In this document: piece by piece, positions 8,826 to 17,353 of the stretch
Layout: each line of letters starts with the position of its first letter
Numbering within the stretch: the stretch's first letter is position 1
DNA from: an uncultured Thermoanaerobaculia bacterium
GTDB taxonomy: Bacteria; Acidobacteriota; Thermoanaerobaculia; Multivoradales; JAGPDF01
Assembly: GCA_964590905.1 (NCBI GenBank)
Contig: CAZPYU010000285.1
Location: 488-64,487, forward strand
Length of the DNA stretch: 64,000 nt
Direction: 5' to 3'
The notes under the pieces: generated by a model
Database searches by the model: none
Seen by the model: the letters and a program-made list of their open reading frames with translations, nothing else
What the model was told of the DNA's origin: nothing
Made by a program: the position numbers and the translations under genes

Positions 8826-9538
8826 GTCGACACCTGCTGTTCCGTCTCTTCCAACTGCTCGAGAAGCTCGACGATGATGCCCCGGTGGCGCACCGGCTCG
8901 GGGAGGCCCTCGCGGCTCGGCAGGAGAGCGAGTAGCGCGAGGTTGGCCCGGATCGAGTAGCGGTGATCTGGCGTGAGCGAGCGGTAGAGCCTCACTGCCT
9001 CCCTGCGATCGTCTGGACCGCCGACGAGGGTCGAGGCGAGCGCTACCATCAGATCGCGCTCCCCTTTTTCGCCGCTCCGATCGGTCAGTAGTTTTTCGAT
9101 CAGGAGTCCAGCAGATCGCGCCACCGGAACCGTTCGGCCGTCCACCATCACCTGCTCGGCAGGAGCGAGCAGCGCTAGCCCTCCGAAAACCAGGAGCGGC
9201 AGAGCTTCGTGCGACGCCTGGTAGGCATCGAGGGGATCGAGCAGCATCGGATCGCTGCCGAGGAGGTTGATCTCCAGGAGCTCGGGCTGGCGCGGAACGA
9301 GAACCGAGGGCTCCTCCGGCGAAGGGCGGAAGCTATCCAGCCCGGCGAGGAGCCGCACGACCTCCGCGAGGTCGCTTACCGGCACGGCGATGTCGAGATC
9401 GAGAGAGACGACGAGCGTCGAGGCGGCTCCCGGCTCGAGCAGATTAGGCACCTGCGAGCCGACGATCATGGCGCCGGGTAGATCGAGGAGCGGTCGCGAG
9501 GCTTCGATCGTCGCCAGCAGCCGGCTGCGAAAGGTCAC
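8822..9538 (-). CDS. nucleotidyltransferase-fold protein (minimal NTase motif plus helical C-terminal domain; NTP_transf_8/GSU2403-like)
   Basis: 3' part of track ORF 8822..10168. NTase signature VGSQVPNLLEPGAASTLVVSLDLDIAV (G-S...D-x-D). The helical tail IEKLLTDRSGEKGERDLMVAL resembles that family. Start is GTG 9538 or 9541. Confidence 0.55.
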   Translation of the reverse strand: MTFRSRLLATIEASRPLLDLPGAMIVGSQVPNLLEPGAASTLVVSLDLDIAVPVSDLAEVVRLLAGLDSFRPSPEEPSVLVPRQPELLEINLLGSDPMLLDPLDAYQASHEALPLLVFGGLALLAPAEQVMVDGRTVPVARSAGLLIEKLLTDRSGEKGERDLMVALASTLVGGPDDRREAVRLYRSLTPDHRYSIRANLALLALLPSREGLPEPVRHRGIIVELLEQLEETEQQVST

Positions 9539-9544
9539 CACCTG

Positions 9545-9550
9545 ATTGTA
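9545..9550 (-). promoter_or_regulatory. putative -10 box (TACAAT) for a leaderless NTase-cassette transcript
   Basis: Minus strand reads gctcgcTACAATcagGTGGTGacc. The hexamer ends 6 nt before GTG 9538, and no Shine-Dalgarno sequence lies in between. The -35 is weak. Confidence 0.3.
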
Positions 9551-9636
9551 GCGAGCTTCGCCGCCGCGGCGGTCTGCGTCGTGCCCGACGCTCGCTCCAG
9601 GAGCTGCTCGGACCGGGTGAGGCGGGGCCGGTCGGG

Positions 9637-10293
9637 CTACCGACGGCTCCCGGAGGCGGAAGCCCTCTTCTGTTTCGCCTCGGCCTCGCGCTCCCGCTTC
9701 GCCAGGCTGCGGAAGGTCGACTCGGCGTAGCCGCGCACGATCTGGCCGCGCCAGTCGACCACCGGAACGCCCGACTCGCCGCCAGTCTTGAGATTCCTCT
9801 CGATCTTCGCCTGTGAATTCCGCTCGACGTCCTTCTCGACGTAGCGCACGCCCAGCTCGCGGGTCTTCCGGCACCAGCCGCACCAAGAGGTGGAGTAAAG
9901 GACGACTTCGCCACGGTAGACGAGGCCGGCGGCGATCGCGTCGGGGTCGTCGACCTTTGTCAGGTCGTCCTCGGTGAGGCTCAAGATCGGCTCGCCCGGC
10001 TCTGCGGCCGTCATGCCGCTCGGCGGAGCGGCCGCCGCGGCGGCTGCCGCCGCTGTCGCTGCCGCTGTCGCGGCGACGCTCTGTTCGACATCGACGCGCG
10101 TCTTGCGCAGCGAGCCGAGCCGACCCTCGGTGTCGGTGAAGACGAGAAGCGCGCCGCGCTCCGTCCACGCTCCGCGCGTCGAAATCCGGGTACCGTCGCG
10201 GAGGACGAGCAGGTCGGCGCCAGCGGGCTCTGCGGCCGCAGCGAGGAGCAGGAAGCCCAAGGCCAGGGCAAGGCCGAAAGCCGATCGTTTCAT
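9637..10293 (-). CDS. exported glutaredoxin-like protein with N-terminal beta-rich domain and poly-Ala linker
   Basis: Signal peptide MKRSAFGLALALGFLLLAAAA, a linker AATAAATAAAAAAAAAAPP, and a Grx/NrdH-like core VVLYSTSWCGWCRK...GVPVV. Confidence 0.65.
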   Translation of the reverse strand: MKRSAFGLALALGFLLLAAAAEPAGADLLVLRDGTRISTRGAWTERGALLVFTDTEGRLGSLRKTRVDVEQSVAATAAATAAAAAAAAAPPSGMTAAEPGEPILSLTEDDLTKVDDPDAIAAGLVYRGEVVLYSTSWCGWCRKTRELGVRYVEKDVERNSQAKIERNLKTGGESGVPVVDWRGQIVRGYAESTFRSLAKREREAEAKQKRASASGSRR

Positions 10294-10733
10294 CTCGCGT
10301 CCTGTTGCGCCGCGGTGCCCAGCGGTTGTGGCTTGCCGTCGGCGTCGACGTGGACGAAGACGACTTCGGCCCCTGTGACCTTCACTTTGGGGCCGCCCGG
10401 GTGGCCCCGCTCCGCTTCGACCTCGACTCTCACAGTGACCGAGGTGGTGCCGATCCGTTGAGTGGTGGCGTAGAAGCTCACCAGATCGCCCACTAGAACC
10501 GGGGCGTGGAAGACCACCTCGCGCATCGCCACCGTCACGATGCGGCCCGAGCAGTGGCGGTGCGCTTCGACCGCTCCCGCCTGGTCGAGGTAGGAGAGGA
10601 TCACGCCGCCGAAGATCGTGCCGAGAGCGTTGGTGTCCTTCGGCATCATGATGACGCGGATCGCCGGCATCTGCGCCGGGGCGGGATCGGTCGGGGATGT
10701 CACAGCGTGACGGGAAGCTGGAGCGCGCGTCAA
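10290..10733 (-). CDS. acyl-CoA thioesterase (hotdog fold, YciA-like)
   Basis: MPKDTNALGTIFGGVILSYLDQAG...VTVRVEVEAER. Start is uncertain: TTG 10733 (TTGA overlap) or ATG 10670. Confidence 0.8.
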   Translation of the reverse strand: MTRAPASRHAVTSPTDPAPAQMPAIRVIMMPKDTNALGTIFGGVILSYLDQAGAVEAHRHCSGRIVTVAMREVVFHAPVLVGDLVSFYATTQRIGTTSVTVRVEVEAERGHPGGPKVKVTGAEVVFVHVDADGKPQPLGTAAQQDAR

Positions 10734-11245
10734 TCTTCCGGCGTCGGCGTGCCAGCGAGGTGATCGCCAGCGTGGAGCGCGATCTTGACAGCGTCAGCCG
10801 GCGCTCGCGCCTCGAGCAGCAGCGGGTCCTTGAGCCCGTCGGGCCGCTTTAGATCCCAGCTCGAGAGCAGCACCACCGGTACCCGGTACTTGAGGGCGAC
10901 CGAAATCTCGGAGAGCGTTCCCCAGCCGCCGCCGATTGCGATCACAGCCTCCGACGAGAGCACTAGGATCTGATTGCGGGCCTGCTGCATGCCGCTGTAG
11001 AGGACGACGTCGAGGAATTCGTTGGCGGGCGAGCTCTTCTCGTCGACGCCGGGGAGGATGCCGACGGTGCGGCCACCGGCGAGGCGGGCCCCTTCGGCGG
11101 CCGCCTCCATCACACCGCCGCGGCCGCCACAGAGGAGCGTGGCGCCCGCCCGAGCGATCTCGGCGCCGGTGTCGCGCGCCAGTTTGGCGATTGTCTCGTC
11201 GCACGCCGCGGCTCCGAGGACCGCGATCTGCACGAGGCGAGGCAC
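10730..11245 (-). CDS. TIGR00725/LOG-like (lysine decarboxylase-like) family protein
   Basis: IAVLGAA...LLCGGRGGVMEAAAEGA...GILPG...AIGGGWGTLSEI pattern. Confidence 0.75.
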   Translation of the reverse strand: MPRLVQIAVLGAAACDETIAKLARDTGAEIARAGATLLCGGRGGVMEAAAEGARLAGGRTVGILPGVDEKSSPANEFLDVVLYSGMQQARNQILVLSSEAVIAIGGGWGTLSEISVALKYRVPVVLLSSWDLKRPDGLKDPLLLEARAPADAVKIALHAGDHLAGTPTPED

Positions 11246-11288
11246 TAGCGCATGCTATCGTAGCCCGCCGCTCGGCGCCGCCGACGCC

Positions 11289-11882
11289 ATGCCTGCCTCC
11301 GATCGCTCCACCGCCGCGCTTCGCGCCAGCGACGACCTCGCAGTCGTCCGTCGCCTCGCGGCCGGCGAAGCCGACGCACTCTCCGAGCTCTACGACCGCT
11401 TCGCCCCTCTGCTCCACGCGGTGGCGCGGCGGATTCTGGGTCCGGGGGGCGAGGCCGACGAGGTGCTCCAGGAGAGCTTCCTGCAGGCCTGGAATCAAGC
11501 GGAGCGCTACGACGCGGCCCGCTCTTCGGTCTCGACCTGGCTGGTCCTGATCGCTCGCAGCCGCGCCCTCGACCGTTTTCGCAATCGCGACGCCCGCAAT
11601 CGGGCCGCCAACGCCTTCGCCGTCGAGCCCAAGCCGGATACATCCTCGCGGGCGGAGGAGAACGTACTCCACGCTGAACGAAGGCGTCGCGTGCAAACTG
11701 TCCTCTCCGAGCTCCCGGTCGAACAGCGCGAGGTTCTCGAGCTGGCTTTCTTCGAAGGGCTCTCGCAGACCGAGATCGCCACTCGGACCGGCGCCCCGCT
11801 GGGCACCGTCAAGACCCGCGCTCTGCTCGGGATGAAAAAAGTGCGACAGGCGCTGCGCTACGAGATCCGGGAGCTGATATGA
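11289..11882 (+). CDS. ECF-type RNA polymerase sigma-70 factor
   Basis: Region 2 (VLQESFLQAWNQAERYD...STWLVLIARSRALDRFR) and region 4 (REVLELAFFEGLSQTEIATRTGAPLGTVKTR). Start at ATG 11289 inside track ORF 11022..11882. Confidence 0.85.
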   Translation: MPASDRSTAALRASDDLAVVRRLAAGEADALSELYDRFAPLLHAVARRILGPGGEADEVLQESFLQAWNQAERYDAARSSVSTWLVLIARSRALDRFRNRDARNRAANAFAVEPKPDTSSRAEENVLHAERRRRVQTVLSELPVEQREVLELAFFEGLSQTEIATRTGAPLGTVKTRALLGMKKVRQALRYEIRELI

Positions 11883-12799
11883 CGCGCGCCCTCGATCCCG
11901 AAGAGGTCGCGGCGCTCGCCGTCCTCGACTCGCTCGGCCGCTTCGACAGCCCCGACGAGACCTCGGTGCCCGATCCCGAGGACGAGATCGAAGACGTTCT
12001 GCGTCGGCTCTACCGGGAGGCGATAGCTTTTCTTGCCTATTCGCTCGAGGTCGAGAAGCCGGCGCCTCAGCTCAAAGCGGAGCTGATGAGTCAGACCGTC
12101 GGTGAATCGACGCAAGAGGTCGAGCCGATTGGCCAGAGCGCTGCGCCGACGAGCGAGCGACCCTTTCATCGGCCGACCGAGAGCCTGGGCCGGCTCATCG
12201 AGTCCGAGCCGCGGGCGGAGCTCGGCGAGCGACTGGCGGCAGCGTCGGGCAGATCGCGGCGGCCGTGGATGGCACTCGCCGCGGTGCTCGCTCTGGCGCT
12301 CGTTGGCGTCGGCTTCTGGGGCACCTTCCTGCTCTCCGAGCTGGCGGCTGAACGAGCGCGCCTCGCGTGGACCGAGAAGGAGTGGAAGGGCACAGCCGAT
12401 GCGACTCGCGCCGAGCTGCGGGCCCTCGAAGAGCGCTTCGCGCTGGTGACCTCGCCCGCGGCGACCGTGTTTCCACTCCGCTGTCCGACCGGGCATGGCC
12501 CGGCCGCTACCGCCCGCGGCACGCTCTACCTGGCGCCAGATCAGAAGAGCTGGGAGCTCGAGATCTTCGGTCTCGCCCCCGAGCCGGCTGGCCGCGACTA
12601 TCAGGTCTGGTTCATGGTCGGTGAGCTGCCGCGGAGCGCCGGCTGCTTCAACGTGCGCGACGGCAAGGCGATCTTTCCAAAGCAGGGTGCGGCGCCCCCC
12701 GGTACGACGAGCGTCGCCGTGACCCTCGAGCCGAAGGGGGGCTCGATCCGCCCGACCTCGCAGGTCTTGCTGACCGCGCCCTCGCCAGTTCGGCTCTGA
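11879..12799 (+). CDS. anti-sigma factor, RskA-like (single TM, C-terminal RskA domain)
   Basis: ATGA overlap with the sigma gene. Central TM ALAAVLALALVGVGFWGTFLL. C-terminal pattern YQVWFMVGELPRSAGCFNV...VAVTLEPKGGS. Confidence 0.7.
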   Translation: MTRALDPEEVAALAVLDSLGRFDSPDETSVPDPEDEIEDVLRRLYREAIAFLAYSLEVEKPAPQLKAELMSQTVGESTQEVEPIGQSAAPTSERPFHRPTESLGRLIESEPRAELGERLAAASGRSRRPWMALAAVLALALVGVGFWGTFLLSELAAERARLAWTEKEWKGTADATRAELRALEERFALVTSPAATVFPLRCPTGHGPAATARGTLYLAPDQKSWELEIFGLAPEPAGRDYQVWFMVGELPRSAGCFNVRDGKAIFPKQGAAPPGTTSVAVTLEPKGGSIRPTSQVLLTAPSPVRL

Positions 12800-12853
12800 G
12801 CGCTCTCCGGCCGGCGCGCCGGCTCGAACCCCAGTTGCTACACTCGGAGGCTC

Positions 12854-13906
12854 GTGGTGCACTCGGCGCTCATCCTCGCGGGCGGTTCCGGAACCCGTTT
12901 CTGGCCGCTCAGCCGGCGGAGTCGGCCGAAGCAGTTCTTGACGCTGGATTCGGAGCGCAGCCTCCTCCAGGCGACCGTCGATCGTCTGGCTCCGCTGATT
13001 CCCCCCGGGCGGATCTGGATCTCGACCACTGCGGCGATGGTCGACGAAGTGCGGCGCCAGCTTCCGGAGGTTGCACCCGAGCGGATCGTCGTCGAGCCGA
13101 CGCCGAAGAACACGGCCCCTGCGATCGGCCTGTCGATCGCCCGCATGAGCGCGGAGGCGCGAGCGGGAGCGATCGCCGTGCTGCCGTCGGACCATCGGAT
13201 TGCGGACCCAGTGTCCTTTCGAGTGACGCTGGGTGAGGCGTTGACGCTCGCGGCGGCCCAGGATCGGTTCGTCGTGCTCGGAGTCGTGCCGCGTCGCGCC
13301 GACACCGGTTTCGGCTATCTCGAGCTCGGAGTGGAGCTCGCGGGCTCTAAGGGTCTTTGCCGAGTGGAGAGTTTTCGCGAGAAGCCCGATCGGGCGAACG
13401 CCGAGAGTTTCGTGGCCTCGGGTCGCTATCTCTGGAACGCCGGGATGTTCGTCTTCCGCGGCGAGCGTTTCCTCGCCGAGTTGGCGCGGCTTGCGCCCGA
13501 GCTCGGCACCGGACTCGCGGCGATCGCCGCCGAGCCCGACCGGATCGAGGAGCTCTACTCCAAGCTGCCCTCGATCTCGGTCGACTACGCGGTGATCGAG
13601 AGGCTCGAAGAGCTGGTGAGCCTGCCGCTCGACTGCGGCTGGGACGATCTCGGCTCGTGGCAAGCCCTCTTCGACGTGTTGCCGGTGGGCGAGCGAGGCA
13701 ACCGCCAGCTCGGTTCGACCCTCGCAGTCGATGCTAACGGCAACCTGCTAGTCGCGGAGAGCGGCACCGTCGCGGTCTTGGGGGTGGAGGGGCTGGCCGT
13801 CGTCCAGACTCGCGATGCGGTGCTCGTCCTGCCGCTCGAGCGCGCGCAAGAGGTTCGTCGGCTGGTGGAGCAGCTCGAGGCCACCTCTCGCGACGAGCTC
13901 TGCTGA
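12854..13906 (+). CDS. manC: mannose-1-phosphate guanylyltransferase
   Basis: N-terminal ILAGGSGTRFWPLSRRSRPKQFL and downstream NTP-transferase motifs. No PMI domain. Confidence 0.85.
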   Translation: MVHSALILAGGSGTRFWPLSRRSRPKQFLTLDSERSLLQATVDRLAPLIPPGRIWISTTAAMVDEVRRQLPEVAPERIVVEPTPKNTAPAIGLSIARMSAEARAGAIAVLPSDHRIADPVSFRVTLGEALTLAAAQDRFVVLGVVPRRADTGFGYLELGVELAGSKGLCRVESFREKPDRANAESFVASGRYLWNAGMFVFRGERFLAELARLAPELGTGLAAIAAEPDRIEELYSKLPSISVDYAVIERLEELVSLPLDCGWDDLGSWQALFDVLPVGERGNRQLGSTLAVDANGNLLVAESGTVAVLGVEGLAVVQTRDAVLVLPLERAQEVRRLVEQLEATSRDELC

Positions 13907-13927
13907 GGCGCACCCGCGAGGTTCACG

Positions 13928-14902
13928 ATGCAGTGGAAGATCGCGCCTCCCGGGCGGCTCGCCGACCGCTTCAACCGCTGGGCAATTCGGCGCGGTTTCC
14001 CGCTCCTGGCCTGGCTCGCACCGCGAGCGCCGCGCGGCTTTCTCCTCTTCGGGGCGCGCTGCGTCATCGGCGTCGTCATGTTCGTCTACCCACAGCCCAA
14101 GCGTGCGATCGCCAGGAACTTGGCGCGCGTCCTCGGCGACTCGCCGCAATCGCGGCGCGTGCGCCGCGCCGTCCGCGAGCTCCTCGTCCACTTCGCCTGC
14201 TACTGGGTCGACCTCTTCCGCTTCGCTCAACTGCCGCCGGAGCGCCTGCGCGCACTTGTCGTCGACGCCGACCTCGCCACGCTCGAGCCGCTGAAGCGCG
14301 CTCTCGATCGGGGCCGCCGGACGATCCTGATCACCGCGCACCTGGGCAACTGGGAGCTCGGGGCAGTGCTCGCTGGGCAGGCCGGGCTGCCCTTGGCGCT
14401 GATCTACGTTCCCGATGCTTTCGATGACGCCGAGCGCTTTCGCAGCTTCTTGCGTTCGTTCGCCGACCTGGTGGAGATTCCGATCCGACCGGGAGAGAAG
14501 TTCTCGAGTCTGCCGATCTTGCGCGCTTTCGAGGAGCGGCGGCTAGTTGCGCTGCAGGGCGACCGCGACTTCAACGATCGCGGCGTGCGTCGCCGCTTCT
14601 TCGGCGCCGAGGGCAGCTTCCCGCTCGGTCCCTTTCAGCTGGCGCGTATGACCGGCGCCGTCTTGGTGCCGGTCTTCATCGCCTACGCCGCCGACTTTCG
14701 ATTCCAGGTCGAGCTCGGGGAGCCGATCGAAGTCGAGCGCAGCGACGACCGCGAGCGCGATGCCCACCGCGCCCTAGATCGCTGGATCGAGGTGCTCGAA
14801 GGCGCCGTGCGGCGTTGGCCCACGCAGTGGTACAACTTCCACGACTTCTGGGAAGAGCCGCTCACAGACCCTGCGGCGCCCGCAGCCGCAGAGGAGCGAT
14901 GA
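13928..14902 (+). CDS. lysophospholipid/lipid A biosynthesis acyltransferase (LpxL/HtrB-type LPLAT)
   Basis: Pattern ILITAHLGNWELGA plus LQGDRD...FFG...FPLGP is typical of lauroyl/myristoyl acyltransferases. Confidence 0.75.
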   Translation: MQWKIAPPGRLADRFNRWAIRRGFPLLAWLAPRAPRGFLLFGARCVIGVVMFVYPQPKRAIARNLARVLGDSPQSRRVRRAVRELLVHFACYWVDLFRFAQLPPERLRALVVDADLATLEPLKRALDRGRRTILITAHLGNWELGAVLAGQAGLPLALIYVPDAFDDAERFRSFLRSFADLVEIPIRPGEKFSSLPILRAFEERRLVALQGDRDFNDRGVRRRFFGAEGSFPLGPFQLARMTGAVLVPVFIAYAADFRFQVELGEPIEVERSDDRERDAHRALDRWIEVLEGAVRRWPTQWYNFHDFWEEPLTDPAAPAAAEER

Positions 14903-15630
14903 AAGGGCGTTTCGAGATTGCCAGCTGCTCGAGCCGGGCGCCGGTAGCGCTCGGGCGCGGCACGGAGTTGCCGGATCTGGCGCGGAGCGACCGCGGACCC
15001 TGGGAGGTGGAGCTCGGCTTCGGCAAGGGGCGCTATCTGCTCGAGCGCGCGGCGAGCGCACCGGAGCGGAGCTTTCTCGGTATCGAGAGGGCGGGGGAGT
15101 ACTTCCGGCTCGTCCTCGGCCGGTTACAGAAGCGCGGGCTCGACAACGTCGTGCTGATTCGGGGGGAGGCCCTCGCCTTCCTGGCAACTGAGGCTCCGCG
15201 CCGTTTCGCCGCCGCGATCCACGTCTACTTTCCCGATCCGTGGCCGAAGTCGAGACACGAACGGCGCCGGCTCTTCTCTCCGGCCGCCGTCGACGTGCTG
15301 CTGTCGGCGCTGGCGCCGGGCGGGCGGCTCTACTTCGCCACCGACCATCCCGCTTACGGCGCCGCGGTGCGGCGGATACTCTCGGGCTTTCCGGGAGCTT
15401 CGGTGCGCGAGCTCGTCGACGGCTGGCCCGACGGGCCGCGCACCAACTACGAAGCGAAATACCTCCGCGAGGGGCGTCCCATCGTGCGGCTCGAAGTCGG
15501 GCTAGCCAGCGCCGCGCTCCTCCACCCCCAACAAGACTGGGGGCACACCCCCCAACAAGGCTGGGCGCACTGCCCGGAGGCCTTGCGGGAGCTGCTCGTC
15601 GCTTCGAGCCGCATCGAGGCAGAGTCGTGA
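14899..15630 (+). CDS. trmB: tRNA (guanine-N7)-methyltransferase
   Basis: ATGA overlap with the upstream gene. ELGFGKGRYL...HVYFPDPWPKSRHERRRL...TNYEAKY. Carries an unusual repeat-containing C-terminal tail. Confidence 0.85.
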   Translation: MKGRFEIASCSSRAPVALGRGTELPDLARSDRGPWEVELGFGKGRYLLERAASAPERSFLGIERAGEYFRLVLGRLQKRGLDNVVLIRGEALAFLATEAPRRFAAAIHVYFPDPWPKSRHERRRLFSPAAVDVLLSALAPGGRLYFATDHPAYGAAVRRILSGFPGASVRELVDGWPDGPRTNYEAKYLREGRPIVRLEVGLASAALLHPQQDWGHTPQQGWAHCPEALRELLVASSRIEAES

Positions 15631-16556
15631 CCCCTCTAGGTAAGTTTGTCGTCGCCGGTGGTACGGGGTTTATCGGCGGCGCGCTCTGCGATCGCCTGGT
15701 CGCGGACGGCGCCGAGGTCATCGTCCTCACGCGCGGGGTGGTACCGGCGCGGCAGAGGAGCGGCGTGCGCTTTTCGACCTGGGACGGCTCGAACCCGGGG
15801 CCGTGGATCGACGAGCTCGCCGGCGCGCGTGCGATCGTCAACTTGGCGGGCGAGAACCTCGCTTCAGGCCGCTGGAGTCGAACCAAGAAGCTCCGTTTGC
15901 GGACGAGCCGGATCGAGCCGACGCGCGCCCTGATCGCAGCGATTCGCGACGCGCCGGTTCGACCGTCCGTTCTGCTCCAGGCGTCGGCGGTCGGTTTCTA
16001 CGGCGCCAGCGACGACCGCGAGGTAGGCGAGGAATCTCCCACCGGGAGTGGCTTCCTGCCCGACCTTTGCCGGGGGTGGGAGGGCGCCAGCGACGACGTC
16101 GAAGCGCTGGGCGTGCGGCGGGTGCTGCTGCGTACCGGGATCGTCCTTTCGCCGCGAGGCGGGGCGCTCGCCAAGATGCTGCCGCCGTTCCGACTGGGCC
16201 TCGGCGGACCGCTGGGCGATGGGCAGCAGTGGCTGCCCTGGATCCACCTTGCCGACGCTGTCGAGGCGATCCGCGCGCTCGCCCTACGCGACGACCTCGC
16301 CGGCGTCTTCAACTTGACGGCGCCCGAGCCGGCGACGAACCTCACCTTCACCCGAGCGCTGGCGCGGACTCTGCACCGGCCGGCGCTCTTTCGCGTTCCC
16401 GGCTTCGCGCTGCGCTGGGCGTTGGGTGAGCTGGGCGAGACTCTGTTGACCGGCCAGCGGGTGCTGCCGCGGCGCCTGCTCGCCGCTGACTTCCGCTTCG
16501 CCTTCCCGGGGTTGGGGGATGCGCTCGCCGATCTCCTGGTGAGACCCGGGCGATGA
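15627..16556 (+). CDS. TIGR01777 family NAD-dependent epimerase-like oxidoreductase (YfcH-like, DUF1731)
   Basis: GTGA overlap with the upstream gene. Rossmann motif VVAGGTGFIGGAL and a C-terminal QRVLPRRLLAADFRFAFP pattern. Confidence 0.8.
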   Translation: MTPLGKFVVAGGTGFIGGALCDRLVADGAEVIVLTRGVVPARQRSGVRFSTWDGSNPGPWIDELAGARAIVNLAGENLASGRWSRTKKLRLRTSRIEPTRALIAAIRDAPVRPSVLLQASAVGFYGASDDREVGEESPTGSGFLPDLCRGWEGASDDVEALGVRRVLLRTGIVLSPRGGALAKMLPPFRLGLGGPLGDGQQWLPWIHLADAVEAIRALALRDDLAGVFNLTAPEPATNLTFTRALARTLHRPALFRVPGFALRWALGELGETLLTGQRVLPRRLLAADFRFAFPGLGDALADLLVRPGR

Positions 16557-17353
16557 CCTTCCTCGAACTGGCGATGGTGGTGACCTTGGTGATCGTCAGT
16601 GGGGCGGTTGCACTCTGGGGCTACTCGCTTCGTCGCCGTGACGCGAGCATCGTCGACAGCTTCTGGGGTCCCGGATTCGCGGTGGTGGCTCTCATCGGCG
16701 CAGTCGCAGGGGGCGGCGCTCCGCCGCGTCGACTCCTCCTCCTCGTGCTCGTCTCGATCTGGGGGATCCGGCTCGGCGCACACATCTATCGCCGCAATCG
16801 AGGCAAGGGCGAGGACTTTCGCTATCGCGCCATGCGAGAGCGAGCTGGCGGGCGCTTCGCGCTCGCGAGTCTCGTCACGGTTTTCCTGCTCCAGGCGGCC
16901 CTCCTCTTGGTCATCGCTCTGCCGTTGGTGGCGGCCGCTGCGGCGCCCGCTCCCGCCGCTCTGGGAGCGTTCGATCTGGCGGGAGTTGCCCTCTGGCTGA
17001 TCGGCTTTCTGTTCGAGGCGGTTGGCGACGCGCAGCTCGCCCGCTTCAGAGCGGACCCGGCGAGCCGGGGCCAGGTCATGGACCGCGGTCTCTGGCGCCT
17101 CACCCGCCACCCCAACTACTTCGGCGACGCGACGCTCTGGTGGGGCTTCTACCTGATCGCGGCGGCGGTGCCGGCAGCGCGCTGGACGGCAGTCGGCCCG
17201 CTGCTGATGACCTTTCTCCTGGTCAGAGTCTCTGGCGTGGCCCTGCTCGAGCAGGGGATGGCGGAACGGCGTCCGGGCTATCGCGACTACGTACTCCGCA
17301 CGAGCGCCTTCTTCCCCTGGCCACCGAAGCTACGGCGCCACGGGTCGAGCTAG
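16553..17353 (+). CDS. DUF1295 membrane protein (steroid 5-alpha-reductase/ICMT-like)
   Basis: ATGA overlap with the upstream gene. Multi-pass membrane protein with GLWRLTRHPNYFGDATLWWGFYL. Confidence 0.75.
   Translation: MTFLELAMVVTLVIVSGAVALWGYSLRRRDASIVDSFWGPGFAVVALIGAVAGGGAPPRRLLLLVLVSIWGIRLGAHIYRRNRGKGEDFRYRAMRERAGGRFALASLVTVFLLQAALLLVIALPLVAAAAAPAPAALGAFDLAGVALWLIGFLFEAVGDAQLARFRADPASRGQVMDRGLWRLTRHPNYFGDATLWWGFYLIAAAVPAARWTAVGPLLMTFLLVRVSGVALLEQGMAERRPGYRDYVLRTSAFFPWPPKLRRHGSS

Noticed and set aside
8631-8960. 109-aa plus-strand ORF overlapping the NTase cassette.
   Set aside because: It is antisense to two coupled minus-strand genes with better codon-position GC bias. Its translation is low-complexity (Gly/Arg/Pro-rich), and it has no start context.
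12800-12853. tRNA-like ggctcgaacccc string in the gap before manC. More generally, I scanned gaps longer than 40 nt for tRNA or other structured RNA genes.
   Set aside because: The gap is only 54 nt, and no acceptor, anticodon or T-arm set can be drawn. No other gap showed a cloverleaf-compatible sequence. An Infernal or tRNAscan run would be needed for certainty.
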